The position numbers and the translations under genes are program-made. 64,000 nucleotides of DNA from an uncultured Gammaproteobacteria bacterium (GTDB taxonomy: Bacteria; Patescibacteriota; Patescibacteriia; Magasanikbacterales; UBA922), in assembly GCA_964597575.1 (NCBI GenBank), contig CAZQXB010000001.1, forward strand, positions 778,892-842,891, given 5' to 3'. This document shows positions 18,210 through 29,367 of the stretch, piece after piece (the first letter of the stretch is position 1; every line of letters starts with the position of its first letter). A model generated the notes under the pieces. It did no database searches and was not told the DNA's origin. It saw only the letters and a program-made list of their open reading frames with translations.

Positions 18210-19202
18210 TTATGAAACCGTGTTCGACTGCGGAGGAACAACTTCCCCTCTGAGACGCTGCCACACCCCAACTACATACCCGACCATTTTCGCACCGTCT
18301 CCGAGCATAATGATTCCGGGAAGCAGAAAATAACCGAGGAACCGCTGCATATCTGAGAGCGGTCTTGCAAAAAGAGAAAAACGTTGCCAAAACTTTTTTA
18401 TATAGAGACACGCCCCCACAAACACAACCGGCGCAAAGAGAAGATAATACCCCCCTTGTGCAAAAAGAAAAAGGGACGTAAGTAAACCTCCATACACAAC
18501 ATACCGAATAACCTGCCGGTGAAGCCACAAATTTGCATGCCCGTCTCCACGGGTATACTTATATACCTGACGCAGATATTGTTTGAGCGTTGGTCTTGGT
18601 CGCCAAAAAACCAATGGTTGGCGCACATAGGCAAAAGAGGCTCCGGTATCGCGAAGCGCCAAATCAAAGACAACATCTTCACAAATCGGAAGCCATTCTG
18701 GATATCCTCCAACCGCCTGCCACAAGGTTTTTGTAAATGCGACTGAACGGCTTGATGGCAACCAATCACGTCGAAATTCTTCTGGAGCAGGTGTTGTTGC
18801 GGCAGCGAGCAAATATGCCTTTAGCGTATCTGACTCAAAAAACCACGGACCAAAAGCGGTTGCCGACACAGTCGCTTTTCCCTCGACAATGGGCCCGGTA
18901 ATCGCCTCAAACCATGATTCTCCATATCTGCACCCGGCATCAGCTACCACAATAATATCCCCGGACGCTTGTCGAATCGCTTCGTTTCTTCCCACAGAAA
19001 TATTTCCTTCCTTCTGCACCACTTTTAATTCACTATATTGTTTCATCCCCACCTCTTTTAACCATTCATATGTTCCGTCCGTTGAGCCACCATCAACCAC
19101 CACGACCTCACGAACCCCTTGCTGAAGAGCACACAAACTATCAAGCCAGGCTTCAATATGTTCGCGCTCATTTTTTACAGTTGTAATAAGAGAAACAGAC
19201 AT
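18210..19202 (-). CDS. Glycosyltransferase family 2 with C-terminal TM helices
   Basis: 330 aa with a GT-A N-terminus (VVVDGGSTDGT) and a hydrophobic C-terminal third. Confidence 0.75.
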   Translation of the reverse strand: MSVSLITTVKNEREHIEAWLDSLCALQQGVREVVVVDGGSTDGTYEWLKEVGMKQYSELKVVQKEGNISVGRNEAIRQASGDIIVVADAGCRYGESWFEAITGPIVEGKATVSATAFGPWFFESDTLKAYLLAAATTPAPEEFRRDWLPSSRSVAFTKTLWQAVGGYPEWLPICEDVVFDLALRDTGASFAYVRQPLVFWRPRPTLKQYLRQVYKYTRGDGHANLWLHRQVIRYVVYGGLLTSLFLFAQGGYYLLFAPVVFVGACLYIKKFWQRFSLFARPLSDMQRFLGYFLLPGIIMLGDGAKMVGYVVGVWQRLRGEVVPPQSNTVS

Positions 19203-19212
19203 AACAGTAATG

Positions 19213-20097
19213 CTAACGAAAACGTGTTTTTATAAACACAGACACTCTTCCAAAGAGGGTAATGAGTGCAAGAAGAGAAAACTTTCGCAAACCAGTATAC
19301 TGCTTTCTTACAAAAAGTGACAGGCTCAAAAGAAAGTGTTTTAAGCGTTCGGCATCGTGAGTTCGCGTATAACTTCCACCATACACATGCATAACGGGTG
19401 GCGTCGCAATAACTCGCACGTCGAAACCCTTCCGTTTTAACCGCCACGCAAGATCAGTCTCTTCAAAATACATAAAGTACTCCTCACCCAAAAATCCCAC
19501 CTCTTTCAAAGCACTCATCCGCAAAAGACAGGCGGCTCCGGTTGCGTAATCGACGGGAAGTCCGTCTGGCGGAATGGTCTGTGGAAACACGGCCATATCA
19601 TGAAACCATGCCCGGACACGACTCGGCAAAAAGCTCGTAACGGGAAGTAGATACCGAAGAACGTTAAAAAATGTAGGAAAGTATCCCCCTACGGATTGAA
19701 GCGTCCCATCCGGGTACACCATTTGCGGCCCGACCATCGCAACTTTGGGATGGTTATCCAAATAGCCGACGAGCGACTGAAGCGTCTCTTCGTGTACTTC
19801 CGTATCACTATTTACAAGCCAACCATAGGTTTCATCAAGGCAATTTTGTAGCGCCCGATTATTTGCTTTTCCAAATCCTAAATTAGCTTCATTCACGATA
19901 AGCACCACGTCCGGAAATTCTGCTTTGACCATCTCCGCACTTCCGTCGGTTGAGGCGTTATCGACCACAATAATTTTTTTCAAAGAAAAACTGCTTTTGT
20001 GCAAAGCCAGAAGAGCCCGACGAGTAAGCTCACGCGTATTGAAACTGACGACGATGGCCACAACAGTGCTAGCGCTTTGGGCATTCATACAAATCAA
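19213..20097 (-). CDS. Glycosyltransferase family 2 (paralog of 17340-18203)
   Basis: 294 aa with IVVDNASTDGS and the shared block EMVKAEFPDVVLIVNEANLGFGKANN. Confidence 0.8.
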   Translation of the reverse strand: MICMNAQSASTVVAIVVSFNTRELTRRALLALHKSSFSLKKIIVVDNASTDGSAEMVKAEFPDVVLIVNEANLGFGKANNRALQNCLDETYGWLVNSDTEVHEETLQSLVGYLDNHPKVAMVGPQMVYPDGTLQSVGGYFPTFFNVLRYLLPVTSFLPSRVRAWFHDMAVFPQTIPPDGLPVDYATGAACLLRMSALKEVGFLGEEYFMYFEETDLAWRLKRKGFDVRVIATPPVMHVYGGSYTRTHDAERLKHFLLSLSLFVRKQYTGLRKFSLLALITLFGRVSVFIKTRFR

Positions 20098-22210
20098 AGA
20101 TCACTTTAAAATACCCAACACTATCTGTCTTCGTACACCGTGAAGCTACGACATTTCGAATGACTTCTTCAGGGTCTTTCTGCCATGCTAAAAATTGCGT
20201 AAGCCAGACCCGCTCATGACGCTCTATAATATCTTCTACGTGAGAAAGTACTTCGGGGTCTGTATTCCCGCTAATTCGCTGATGCGGATAAATGGCACTG
20301 ACTTCAATCGGAGCGGTTTGATATACCCGAAATGATGGTGGCGGCTCAACTCCCTCAAGCCCATAGAATATTACTACATCTTGCGGTTCAGTTTTTGCAC
20401 CAAGCGCCTCTACGGCTTGACGCCAAGGTTCTCGTCCAAAAAGCGGATGAAAAAGATACAAAGCCAGAGTAATACTGTATGCCACACCCACTGCCCCTAT
20501 AATCCAGGATCCGGCTTTTTTTGAACGCTCAAGCAGAGCAACGCACCCATGAATAAGAGTAAGAGCGAGGAGCGGGTAGAGGGTAGCGTGATATCGCGGA
20601 TCAAAGAGGGAAACTTTGGTCGCCGATACGACCAGTGCCAAAGCAAAGGCAATACCACTTACAAACACAAGTGGCTGCACTTGTTTCCAGGCATATCGGC
20701 AGGCCATAAAAAGAACTGCACCGACCCCGATTGCCGCAAGCCCAATTACCGCGGTTGGCCAATACCAGTGCAAATGGTTCATGTCCGTAATCCCTACTCG
20801 CCCACCAAGAAATCCTAGTACAACAATCGCCGGGATTTGCCACCATGGTATGGTGAGAAAATGAGCAGCATCTTCATGGAGACGGGCCTCGGCTAAAACG
20901 TATACCCATGGCACATACAAAAGAAAAAGAGTGCCAACCGACAGAAGAAGTGCTTTAGTATCAATTCGACGCCAAAGTGCATAGACCAGCTGACCGACCA
21001 GCACAAACAAAATAGGGTAAAAGGTATAGAGAAGAATAATCGAGATCAAAAGGAAAGAAAGAACAGAACGTCTTTCTTTTGGTGAAGCCAAAAATCGTTC
21101 AAAACACATCCACTGAATAAGTGTGAGAAGTATAACAACCATCGACGACCGAAGCTCGCCTGCATAGTATAGGACAAACGGCGAGAGTGCCACGAGCCCG
21201 AGCGCGCTGTTCAGTACCCACGATTTTTTTTCAGGATACAACGTACGTACTCGCGCATAGAGGAGAAGAGTAAAAAGAATGAACGCCATCACACTCACTC
21301 CCCGAAGGATCGTTACCGATGGCGGAAAAATGAAAAGAAGAGTGTGGAGGAAAATATAGTATAGCGGCGGATGAAGATCGGTATGAATGGAACGATACAC
21401 TATTTCTCGCACACTATCTTGCGCAAACGACCAAGACAGTCCTTCATCGAGCCAAACCGATTGTCGCAGAGCAAGGCCAATGACCAGAAGTCCAAACGAA
21501 AGAAATCCTAAAAAGACACGGTGATTGGTCCAAATTCTTTGTGCCGTATAGCGCACGACCTGGCATGCAAACAAAAAATATTCCTTACTGTTGAGCTTTG
21601 AAACACTGTGCTTTCTCATGCGAAACGTAAATGGAAATTCTTTTACCGTCTGGTATGAACCCTTTACTAGAATTTCGAGAAGAATCTTATACCCGGTTGT
21701 GGTAAGCACGGTGTTTGCAATAACCTCTTTTTTCATGAGAAAAAAACCACTGAGCGGATCTTCTGTTCGAGTTAACTTTCTCGCCGCCCACACCCCACAC
21801 TCTGAGGTCATTCGCCGCCACCAGGCCCAAGATTCCACTTTGCTCGTTTCCCCAAAACGACTACCAATCGCGATATCTCCTCCGGCACGAAGGGCTGCAA
21901 TCATCTGAGGGAGAATCGAAGGATCATGGCTGAGGTCAGCATCCATTACCCCAACAAGATCTCCTTTGGCCACCGCAAATCCAGCACGCACTGCACTTCC
22001 AAGACCGGCCTTACCAGGGCGCTCAATGAGGTGAATCGGATATTTTTTCATGAGTTCTTTTACTACCATGGCCGTTTTGTCCGGAGAATTATCATCAACA
22101 ATAATATACTCAACATCTTCGTTCCGAAGATGTTCTGCAACCTCCTCAAGAAGAAGGGGCACATTTTTTGCCTCATTATAGGTAGGAATAATAAGAGAAA
22201 TACGAGACAT
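20069..22210 (-). CDS. Fusion protein: N-terminal GT2 polyprenol-phosphate sugar synthase (Dpm1-like) plus C-terminal polytopic GT-C/PMT-like membrane domain
   Basis: 713 aa. The N-terminus reads IIPTYNEAKN, DDNSPDKT, DADLSHDP. The remaining roughly 480 aa have at least 11 predicted TM helices. Confidence 0.7.
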   Translation of the reverse strand: MSRISLIIPTYNEAKNVPLLLEEVAEHLRNEDVEYIIVDDNSPDKTAMVVKELMKKYPIHLIERPGKAGLGSAVRAGFAVAKGDLVGVMDADLSHDPSILPQMIAALRAGGDIAIGSRFGETSKVESWAWWRRMTSECGVWAARKLTRTEDPLSGFFLMKKEVIANTVLTTTGYKILLEILVKGSYQTVKEFPFTFRMRKHSVSKLNSKEYFLFACQVVRYTAQRIWTNHRVFLGFLSFGLLVIGLALRQSVWLDEGLSWSFAQDSVREIVYRSIHTDLHPPLYYIFLHTLLFIFPPSVTILRGVSVMAFILFTLLLYARVRTLYPEKKSWVLNSALGLVALSPFVLYYAGELRSSMVVILLTLIQWMCFERFLASPKERRSVLSFLLISIILLYTFYPILFVLVGQLVYALWRRIDTKALLLSVGTLFLLYVPWVYVLAEARLHEDAAHFLTIPWWQIPAIVVLGFLGGRVGITDMNHLHWYWPTAVIGLAAIGVGAVLFMACRYAWKQVQPLVFVSGIAFALALVVSATKVSLFDPRYHATLYPLLALTLIHGCVALLERSKKAGSWIIGAVGVAYSITLALYLFHPLFGREPWRQAVEALGAKTEPQDVVIFYGLEGVEPPPSFRVYQTAPIEVSAIYPHQRISGNTDPEVLSHVEDIIERHERVWLTQFLAWQKDPEEVIRNVVASRCTKTDSVGYFKVIFDLYECPKR

Positions 22211-22212
22211 AC

Positions 22213-23400
22213 CTATTGATGTTTTTCAATAATTCTCTCTGAACCAACATGGAAATCATCGAACTCACTTCGTACCTTTAAAATAGTTTCAACGATGCAA
22301 ATCGGCCGGTACGAGCAACCTTGCATAATAAGAAATACCGGCATATACCCGAGCATCATTTGCAAAAGGTATGGAATCACCATGCAAAAAGCAATAACAC
22401 CACCAACAAACCACTTCTTTCCGGCATCATACCAGTGAATAAGCGGGTAGATCGCGAGTGGTAGAACGAACCAGGCAGCAATAAAAACCGTCCGGCTCAT
22501 GAAAATAGGCCAACCTAAATAGGAAAGACTTGGTAAGAAAATGGCTGCAAGGTATACCTTTATGTCAACGGAAAGAGTCGCACGATGACGCCACAACAAA
22601 TACGCACCGATTGCCGCCAAAAGCAGCCAGGCATTAAAAGTCGTCAAATGAATTCCAAACCATTTAAAGAAGGTGTACTCATGGGCGTAGATGCGCCAGT
22701 TATCCATGAGCCATTCATACGAAGAATATCCAAGCACCTTTCCTCGCCACTGATTTACCACAAGAGTAAACGCCGGAAGAATGGCATAGACCAGGCCCGC
22801 TTTTATCGTCGGTTTCAAGCCCGAGCGAAAAAGATGTTCAAGCAAAAGCCCAGCCATGAAAAGCGCACTCATGGAACCACTCTCTTTGGTGAGCATCCCC
22901 AAACTTACCGCGGCTCCCCCAGCCCACAAAAATCGCACAGCTTTTGTTTCTCGCCATCGCCAGGCAGTATACACTCCAATTACAAACCACGCGTAGCCAC
23001 CGATATCCTGTACCTGAGTCAAACCATACCGAAGCAGTGGATACGCTGGAACAAGAAGAAGAACCGCGGCCACACCAGCCAAACGCCGAGCAAACACTCG
23101 CCGAAATAATCCATAGGTGGCCAAAATCATGGCCACATAAAAAATGATGTTCGTAAAAATAAGGGAATTTACGGGCGAAAGAAATCGAAATACTGTTACT
23201 CCAACGATTGGATAGAAAGGGTTGAGATACCGATTCGGGTGGAGCGGGCTATCCCCCCCTCGAAATCGCTCAATCGTCCACACAAAACTGTCTGTATCAT
23301 TATTCGGACGAAAACCAAACACGACACTATACACGACAAGGTGAAGGATCGCAAACCCTACAATAAGAAGAAGGAGTCGGTTACGCTTTACCCAATCCAT
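22213..23400 (-). CDS. Polytopic membrane protein, putative GT-C type glycosyltransferase (hypothetical)
   Basis: 395 aa with about 10 TM helices and no soluble domain. It sits in an operon with GtrB-like GT2 genes. Confidence 0.5.
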   Translation of the reverse strand: MDWVKRNRLLLLIVGFAILHLVVYSVVFGFRPNNDTDSFVWTIERFRGGDSPLHPNRYLNPFYPIVGVTVFRFLSPVNSLIFTNIIFYVAMILATYGLFRRVFARRLAGVAAVLLLVPAYPLLRYGLTQVQDIGGYAWFVIGVYTAWRWRETKAVRFLWAGGAAVSLGMLTKESGSMSALFMAGLLLEHLFRSGLKPTIKAGLVYAILPAFTLVVNQWRGKVLGYSSYEWLMDNWRIYAHEYTFFKWFGIHLTTFNAWLLLAAIGAYLLWRHRATLSVDIKVYLAAIFLPSLSYLGWPIFMSRTVFIAAWFVLPLAIYPLIHWYDAGKKWFVGGVIAFCMVIPYLLQMMLGYMPVFLIMQGCSYRPICIVETILKVRSEFDDFHVGSERIIEKHQ

Positions 23401-24076
23401 ATTTTACAATGCAATAAAATGCTTTGACTCCATCTTTCCACGTAATCTTTTTTCCTTCGGCATAAGTCCGCCCATTATAGGAAATGCCGACCTCATAAAT
23501 TTTGATTCCTTTTACTTTAGCGAGCTTTGCCGTAATTTCCGGCTCAAATCCAAATCGATTCTGCTCAAGGGTAAGTGACTGAAGAATGGATCGACGAATC
23601 AATTTGTAACAAGTCTCCATGTCTGTCAGATTGATATTCGTAAACATGTTTGACGCAAGTGTTAGAATCTTATTTCCCACATAATGCCAGTAGTACACGA
23701 CGCGATGCGGACCACCCCCCAAAAAACGCGACCCAAACACGGCATCGGCCTGCCACATCGTAACTGGCTCTAAAAGCCGAGGGTACTCTGCTGGATCATA
23801 CTCTAAGTCAGCATCTTGGACCAAAACGAAATCCCCGGTAGCGTGAGTAAAACCGGTTTTTAAGGCACCACCCTTGCCTTTGTTTACCTCGTGGTGCACG
23901 ACAGTATATTTCGAAGATACACTTTCAAGAAGTTCTCGAGTTTTGTCTTTGGAACAATCATTGACGACAATAATTTCTTTTTCCCAGCCTGGAGTCGGGG
24001 CGTTTGCTACTTTTTCAAGAAGCATGAGAATTGTCTTTTCTTCGTTATAGGCCGGTACGACGATCGTGAGTTTCAT
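23381..24076 (-). CDS. Glycosyltransferase family 2 (dolichyl/undecaprenyl-phosphate sugar synthase-like)
   Basis: 231 aa with [21 protein letters not shown] and QDADLEYDP. Confidence 0.8.
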   Translation of the reverse strand: MKLTIVVPAYNEEKTILMLLEKVANAPTPGWEKEIIVVNDCSKDKTRELLESVSSKYTVVHHEVNKGKGGALKTGFTHATGDFVLVQDADLEYDPAEYPRLLEPVTMWQADAVFGSRFLGGGPHRVVYYWHYVGNKILTLASNMFTNINLTDMETCYKLIRRSILQSLTLEQNRFGFEPEITAKLAKVKGIKIYEVGISYNGRTYAEGKKITWKDGVKAFYCIVKYGLGKA

Positions 24077-24084
24077 AATACAAG

Positions 24085-25326
24085 TTAAGTAATAATATGT
24101 TGGTATATGGCAGACAGGTTCTTACGAAAACGATCTGCAGTAAAATCCCCAGCTCGCACCTGTGCACGACCTGCCACACGAGCCCGCTCGAGAGGATCGT
24201 CGTAGCGAAGGATCGCCGTAGCAATGTCCCCGGGACTCATCGGATTTACCAGAATCGCCGCGTCCCCCACCACGTCTGGAATCGCACCAGAACGAGCGGC
24301 GATGATTGGGCAGCGATTCATCATGGCTTCAACGAGCACATACCCAAACTGCTCTTGCCATAAAAAAGTAGGCACACTCGCGAGAATGAAGCAGTGCGCA
24401 TATTGATAAAAGGCACGCACTTCAGCATTCGGAAGACGTGGAATATACGTTACCGTGTCTTCAAGCTTCCACTCTTTGAGAAGCGATAAAATATAGGAAG
24501 CCTCGGGGCCCGAGCCCACCATAACCAGATGCTTATCTTTCAATTTTCCCTGAAAAGCGAGCATCTGCCAGGCAAACAATACATCGTACACACCTTTTTC
24601 CTTCACCATGCGGTTCACCATCATGATTAATTTTTTTCCACTCGATCGAAGGGTTTCCAAAACAGGTGAAAAGGAAACGGTCGTTTCAAGGGGTATAAGC
24701 CCTGGCGAAAGCACGGTTATTTTTTCCTGCGGTACCCCATACGAAGAAAGAAGTGCGGCTGAGGTTTCTGACACCGGCAAAAAAAGATCCACCCCTTCTA
24801 CCACCTCTGCGATACGACCCTGCATCCGTCGACGCCAAAGCCGTGGTGGATGAGCAAATGGTGGAATGTATCCAAATTCAAAACGACCAAAACTATTATC
24901 CCAGACCGTCGTAACCACCTTCAGTGCCGGATTTTGTTTTTTGGCACGCACCGCCTGAAGCGTATACGAAAAATACAGTTCTGCCGTGTGGGCAATATGC
25001 ATGCCTTTTAGTACTCGCTCAAGACCGTGCATCGTCTGAAGCCCGGCCAAACACACCCGGTCAAGAACAGAGGTGATGCGTGTGTCCGAAGAAGAGGGCA
25101 ACCGGAGCACAGGAAACCCCAGGGTGTCGGTGGGGTAAAGATTTTTTTTGCTCGCAATGCCCGTAACCGAAAAATCCCCTGGGAGAGCATCCCACATTTT
25201 TCCCTCCCACGGATTTAGGCTATCCCCTCTTACGAGTGCGACTTGCGTCGGTCCTCTTGCCATATACGATAGTATAACGCGCTGTAGTAAACGTATTGTT
25301 GGAGTGCAATATTCCAGCCAGTCCAC
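24085..25326 (-). CDS. Glycosyltransferase family 4 (atypical N-terminus)
   Basis: 413 aa. The C-terminal GT-B domain carries the [19 protein letters not shown] motif. The start is uncertain because the ORF overlaps the upstream gene by about 97 nt. Confidence 0.65.
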   Translation of the reverse strand: MDWLEYCTPTIRLLQRVILSYMARGPTQVALVRGDSLNPWEGKMWDALPGDFSVTGIASKKNLYPTDTLGFPVLRLPSSSDTRITSVLDRVCLAGLQTMHGLERVLKGMHIAHTAELYFSYTLQAVRAKKQNPALKVVTTVWDNSFGRFEFGYIPPFAHPPRLWRRRMQGRIAEVVEGVDLFLPVSETSAALLSSYGVPQEKITVLSPGLIPLETTVSFSPVLETLRSSGKKLIMMVNRMVKEKGVYDVLFAWQMLAFQGKLKDKHLVMVGSGPEASYILSLLKEWKLEDTVTYIPRLPNAEVRAFYQYAHCFILASVPTFLWQEQFGYVLVEAMMNRCPIIAARSGAIPDVVGDAAILVNPMSPGDIATAILRYDDPLERARVAGRAQVRAGDFTADRFRKNLSAIYQHIIT

Positions 25327-26066
25327 GAAGTAAAAAGTCCATTTTTAAGCTGACCAAGAAAATTTTTAACCGGATAGACCAGCAGAAAAAACAAAGGGTG
25401 CGAACGAACTTTTTTTGTATACAGAACCCAATTTTCTGGAGTATCCTGAAATGTTTCGTAGCATACCTTTTCTGGAAAGAAATATGGTACATGGGAACGA
25501 AGCCAATAGTCTCGTTTGCGGTTGGCTGTCTCCCATGACAGATTACTATATAATGGGCGATGGCGCAAAAAAAGTGATGTTTTCTTTACAGCCCCGCCTA
25601 CTCGGAGCCCTTCTTGGGGAATACCCCAGTACTGCAAAGCGCTCCGACGGGCTAAACAAAACTTTTGCACCCCTTGGGAGTGAAACGGCCTCTTTCCATC
25701 CCACAACTCCCATTGGAAAATATATCCATTCACGTTTGGGTTAGCAACCAACCGACGAATTTCTGCGTACACCTCGGGCGAGCCATCGAGGTACTCATCT
25801 GCATCAATCTGGAAAATCCACTCACCCTTTGCTAACTCAAACGTTCGAGAACGATGAGGCTCTGCAATACCAATATGAGGACGCTCTTCTAAGGTCGCCC
25901 CAAACTCCTTCGCTAAGCGCTGTGCGACTTCATCACACACACCATCATAGACCATGACAATATCCTGAACAAGCGGACGCACACTTTGAAGTGCACGCCG
26001 AAGCATATCTTCTTTCTCTTGATAAACCACGAGGCAGGCGGTGATTGGATGGTTGGAAGAAATCAT
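25230..26066 (-). CDS. Glycosyltransferase family 2-like protein
   Basis: The ATG at 26066 (MISSNHPITACLVVY) is preferred, as it abuts the upstream stop at 26063. The longer ORF to 26177 would overlap by 115 nt. DxD-like QIDADEY is present. Confidence 0.6.
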   Translation of the reverse strand: MISSNHPITACLVVYQEKEDMLRRALQSVRPLVQDIVMVYDGVCDEVAQRLAKEFGATLEERPHIGIAEPHRSRTFELAKGEWIFQIDADEYLDGSPEVYAEIRRLVANPNVNGYIFQWELWDGKRPFHSQGVQKFCLARRSALQYWGIPQEGLRVGGAVKKTSLFLRHRPLYSNLSWETANRKRDYWLRSHVPYFFPEKVCYETFQDTPENWVLYTKKVRSHPLFFLLVYPVKNFLGQLKNGLFTSWTGWNIALQQYVYYSALYYRIWQEDRRKSHS

Positions 26067-27496
26067 ATACTTTTCTTTGAAGATTGCTTTTCGAAAACCC
26101 ACACGAGAAAATGCGCCATACGGTCTGACCCAAAAAACGGAACGCTGCGAACCTTCGCAAAGTCGTGAACTTTCCACGCCAGTCGCCGAGCGGTACGATG
26201 AATGAGTTGAAAAAAAGTTGATTGTGGAATGTCACTTTTGTAAAAGGTGTCTAACAAACGTGAGGAGTACATTTCCTTGTAATTGCGAATGTCCTCTTCA
26301 CTTGGCGACCAAGGAGTCAACACATACACCGCGGGAAGCTTCACTAATTGTGGTTCTTGCAAAATTGAATGACCTTTACTATCTAGAATCTCCACAAACG
26401 CTTTTTCCACCTGTCTAGTTACTTTTTCTGGATCATACACTTCCCTTACCTTTTTATTACCCGCAGTACCCATCTCCTCTCTTTTTGATTTATTCTTCCC
26501 GAGAAAAATAACGGCTCCAGCCATCTGTTCTGGAGTATTGGCGATATACCCATTCTTTCCATGATCCACTTGCTCGATCTGCCCATTATCCTTATTCGGG
26601 GTACTATGCGTGATAACAGGCTTCTTCCAATACATCGCCTCATTAATTGTATTTCCAAACGCTTCACCAATCTTTGAAGTGTGAGTCAAAATATCAATGG
26701 TCTGGTAGAAGCGATGAACTTCTGCCTCATTCGCGGTTTCAGGAATAAGCACCACCTTATCCTCTGACCACATCTTTCGAACCCAATTTTTTCGTGAGGA
26801 TGGAACATCTTGAATCAGACAAGTGATCTCTGGGTTTTGCTTAAAAAGAATTGGTAGCATTTCTAAGAGTAAATCACTCCACTTGGTAATATCGGGTCGA
26901 CCCAACCTACCGATAACAAGATTATTTTTTGGAATCTTAAGAAATCTTTTATACTCCTCAATCTGCTCTGGTGTAAGCCTGTAATTTTCAAAAGAGGCGC
27001 AATCTACTGGGTTATATACCACATGCATTTTTTTGGGATTATACCCCCCACCAGTAGCCGAAATAAACCTCTCATTCAACATCATCTTACTTTTTAGCAA
27101 ATGCATATCAATCACACTACCCGTGACCGAATCATACTGACCAAACACATTGGTCTCAACAATTGCTGCTTGCGGAAGCATCACTCTTAATTTCTGCAGC
27201 AGCTCGCGCTCAAGCTGATTAGGCCCGCCTGAACGGTGAATATGAATCACGGCGGGTTGCTCTTTTTCAGCAAGGGCAAATATTTTCTCAAGGTCTCCCG
27301 CAGCCACCAGTGTTGGAATCCCCAACGACTCAAAATCTTTTTGCCGAGAACCCCCTTCTCCATAGGATATCGCAAAAATCTGAAAATAATCCTTTCGTAA
27401 ATATTTGCAAAAAGAAAACATGGTCCGCTGAGCTCCCGCGTAGGCAAACGAAGTATTAATCTCAAAGACTTTTATTTTTTGAGCTGCTTCATCCAT
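26063..27496 (-). CDS. Glycosyltransferase family 4
   Basis: 477 aa with a GT-B C-terminal domain (IGEAFGNTINEAMYWKKPVITH). Confidence 0.7.
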   Translation of the reverse strand: MDEAAQKIKVFEINTSFAYAGAQRTMFSFCKYLRKDYFQIFAISYGEGGSRQKDFESLGIPTLVAAGDLEKIFALAEKEQPAVIHIHRSGGPNQLERELLQKLRVMLPQAAIVETNVFGQYDSVTGSVIDMHLLKSKMMLNERFISATGGGYNPKKMHVVYNPVDCASFENYRLTPEQIEEYKRFLKIPKNNLVIGRLGRPDITKWSDLLLEMLPILFKQNPEITCLIQDVPSSRKNWVRKMWSEDKVVLIPETANEAEVHRFYQTIDILTHTSKIGEAFGNTINEAMYWKKPVITHSTPNKDNGQIEQVDHGKNGYIANTPEQMAGAVIFLGKNKSKREEMGTAGNKKVREVYDPEKVTRQVEKAFVEILDSKGHSILQEPQLVKLPAVYVLTPWSPSEEDIRNYKEMYSSRLLDTFYKSDIPQSTFFQLIHRTARRLAWKVHDFAKVRSVPFFGSDRMAHFLVWVFEKQSSKKSI

Positions 27497-29358
27497 AGTT
27501 CAATCATAAGGAGTGCCCACAAGTGATTACTGTAGTCAGCCACCTTTTCTTCGTGATCACGAAAAACGCGCTTGAGGGTTGTTTCCGAAAAAATGGATTT
27601 CGTTTCAGCCGCAGAGTCAAAAAGTACCTCTTTCGCAAATACCCCAAACTTCTCACGAAACAGTCGGTCGAGTGGCATACTGAACCCTTGTTTGGGGCGA
27701 TTCAATACCGACTGCGGCAAAATATCCTGAACGACTTGTCGCCACACCCACTTGCCTCCTTGGCGCAAATGAAGCCGGGCTGGAATCTGGTTCGCCAAAG
27801 CAACGACCCGAGGATCCAAAAATGGTGAACGCACTTCTAGAGCCGAGTGCATGCTCGCCATATCTACCTTATACAAGTATCCATCAGGAAGGCGTCCTTC
27901 TTGATCAGCAAGAAGTGCCGCCGCGAGGGGCCCTTCGGGCAGATATTGCTTTACCCAGTTATATAGTGCGCTTTTCTTCTTTTGACTCAAAATGCGCGCA
28001 CGAAAAGTGTCGGTAAAAAGATCGGCTTCCGTAATATATCTTTTGGAAATAGGTAAAGCGTCTTTCCAAACACTAAATCTTTTTACATACATATCGGCGA
28101 CGTCTCCGGTCATCACTTCAAGCGGGTACGCTGCTCGAGGCGATACGATAGCCGCTGCTCGCGCCGCCGCCACCCGGAGGGTATTCGGAACATGAGCGTA
28201 GGCACGAAAGAGGCGCATATGCTGGTATGTATCGTACCCACCAAATAATTCATCGGCCCCATCCCCTCCCAAAACGACGGTCGAATGTTTTTTCATGTGC
28301 TCGGCCACAATAAGGCTTGGAACAGCAGATTGGTCGGTGAATGGCTCATCGTAGGTTTCAGCCACTCTTAAAACAAACGCTTCAAGAGATGTCTCTGGCA
28401 CAATAATTTCTTCATGTATATCTGACAGGCCAAAATGTTTGGCCACGCTTCTCGCTGAACGCGTATCATCATTTTCGCCCCCCAGCGCAACACAGTATGT
28501 TTTTGGTTTGAAACCCGCTGCTGAAAGTGCAGCCACAACTGAACTCGAGTCCACTCCACCACTTAGAAAGGCGCCGACCGGCACGTCAGAAGTAACGAGG
28601 CGTGCTACCGCTGCCTCAGAAAATGCTTTCCACAAATCTTTCTTCATCACCTGAAGAGAAGGCATGACTCTCGTCTGATTTTCTCGTCGAGCATATCGAC
28701 GAACCTGAACAACACCGCGGTGCCATACTAACGTATGACCAGCAGGGAGTTTAGAAACTCCCTGAATTCCAGTTTGTGGTGCCGGCACAAACCGGAGCGA
28801 AAGGACGTCCGGAAAAACAGACCAATCAATGTCTTTTTTTATCTCAGGGTGGGTTAAGAGAGCCTTCAGTTCTGAGGCAAAAAGAAGTGTTTCTCCAAGC
28901 TCGGTATAGACAAAAGGTTTTTCCCCCATAGGGTCACGCGCGGCAAACAAGCGCTCTTCGTGCGTATCCCAAATAGCAAAAGCAAACATGCCATTCAATT
29001 TTTCCAAACACGCTTCTCCCCACGCAGCATAAGCAGTCAAAAGAACCTCGGTATCGCTTTCTGAAGAAAAAGAATGACCAAGGAGGCGCAACTCTTCACG
29101 GAGCGCTTGATAGTTAAAAATCTCTCCATTGAAAACGATAACGTAACGAGCATCATGACTTTGCTTTGGCTGTACCCCACCCAAAGAGAGGTCGATAATA
29201 GACAACCGTGCATGCCCAAAAGCAGCCGTTTGCTTCTCATTCACCCACTCTCCTTCGGCGTCTGGTCCACGATGACGAACTGCAAGGCGCATCTGTCGGA
29301 CATGAGAGGGCCGGTTCGAGAGAGGGCGTTGTCCGACACTGCCGACAATGCCACACAT
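27472..29358 (-). CDS. asnB: Asparagine synthase (glutamine-hydrolysing) family amidotransferase
   Basis: 628 aa with an MCGI N-terminal nucleophile and an SGGVDSS PP-loop. In glycan loci these enzymes often amidate uronic acids. Confidence 0.85.
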   Translation of the reverse strand: MCGIVGSVGQRPLSNRPSHVRQMRLAVRHRGPDAEGEWVNEKQTAAFGHARLSIIDLSLGGVQPKQSHDARYVIVFNGEIFNYQALREELRLLGHSFSSESDTEVLLTAYAAWGEACLEKLNGMFAFAIWDTHEERLFAARDPMGEKPFVYTELGETLLFASELKALLTHPEIKKDIDWSVFPDVLSLRFVPAPQTGIQGVSKLPAGHTLVWHRGVVQVRRYARRENQTRVMPSLQVMKKDLWKAFSEAAVARLVTSDVPVGAFLSGGVDSSSVVAALSAAGFKPKTYCVALGGENDDTRSARSVAKHFGLSDIHEEIIVPETSLEAFVLRVAETYDEPFTDQSAVPSLIVAEHMKKHSTVVLGGDGADELFGGYDTYQHMRLFRAYAHVPNTLRVAAARAAAIVSPRAAYPLEVMTGDVADMYVKRFSVWKDALPISKRYITEADLFTDTFRARILSQKKKSALYNWVKQYLPEGPLAAALLADQEGRLPDGYLYKVDMASMHSALEVRSPFLDPRVVALANQIPARLHLRQGGKWVWRQVVQDILPQSVLNRPKQGFSMPLDRLFREKFGVFAKEVLFDSAAETKSIFSETTLKRVFRDHEEKVADYSNHLWALLMIELWMKQLKK

Positions 29359-29367
29359 ACTAGAAAA

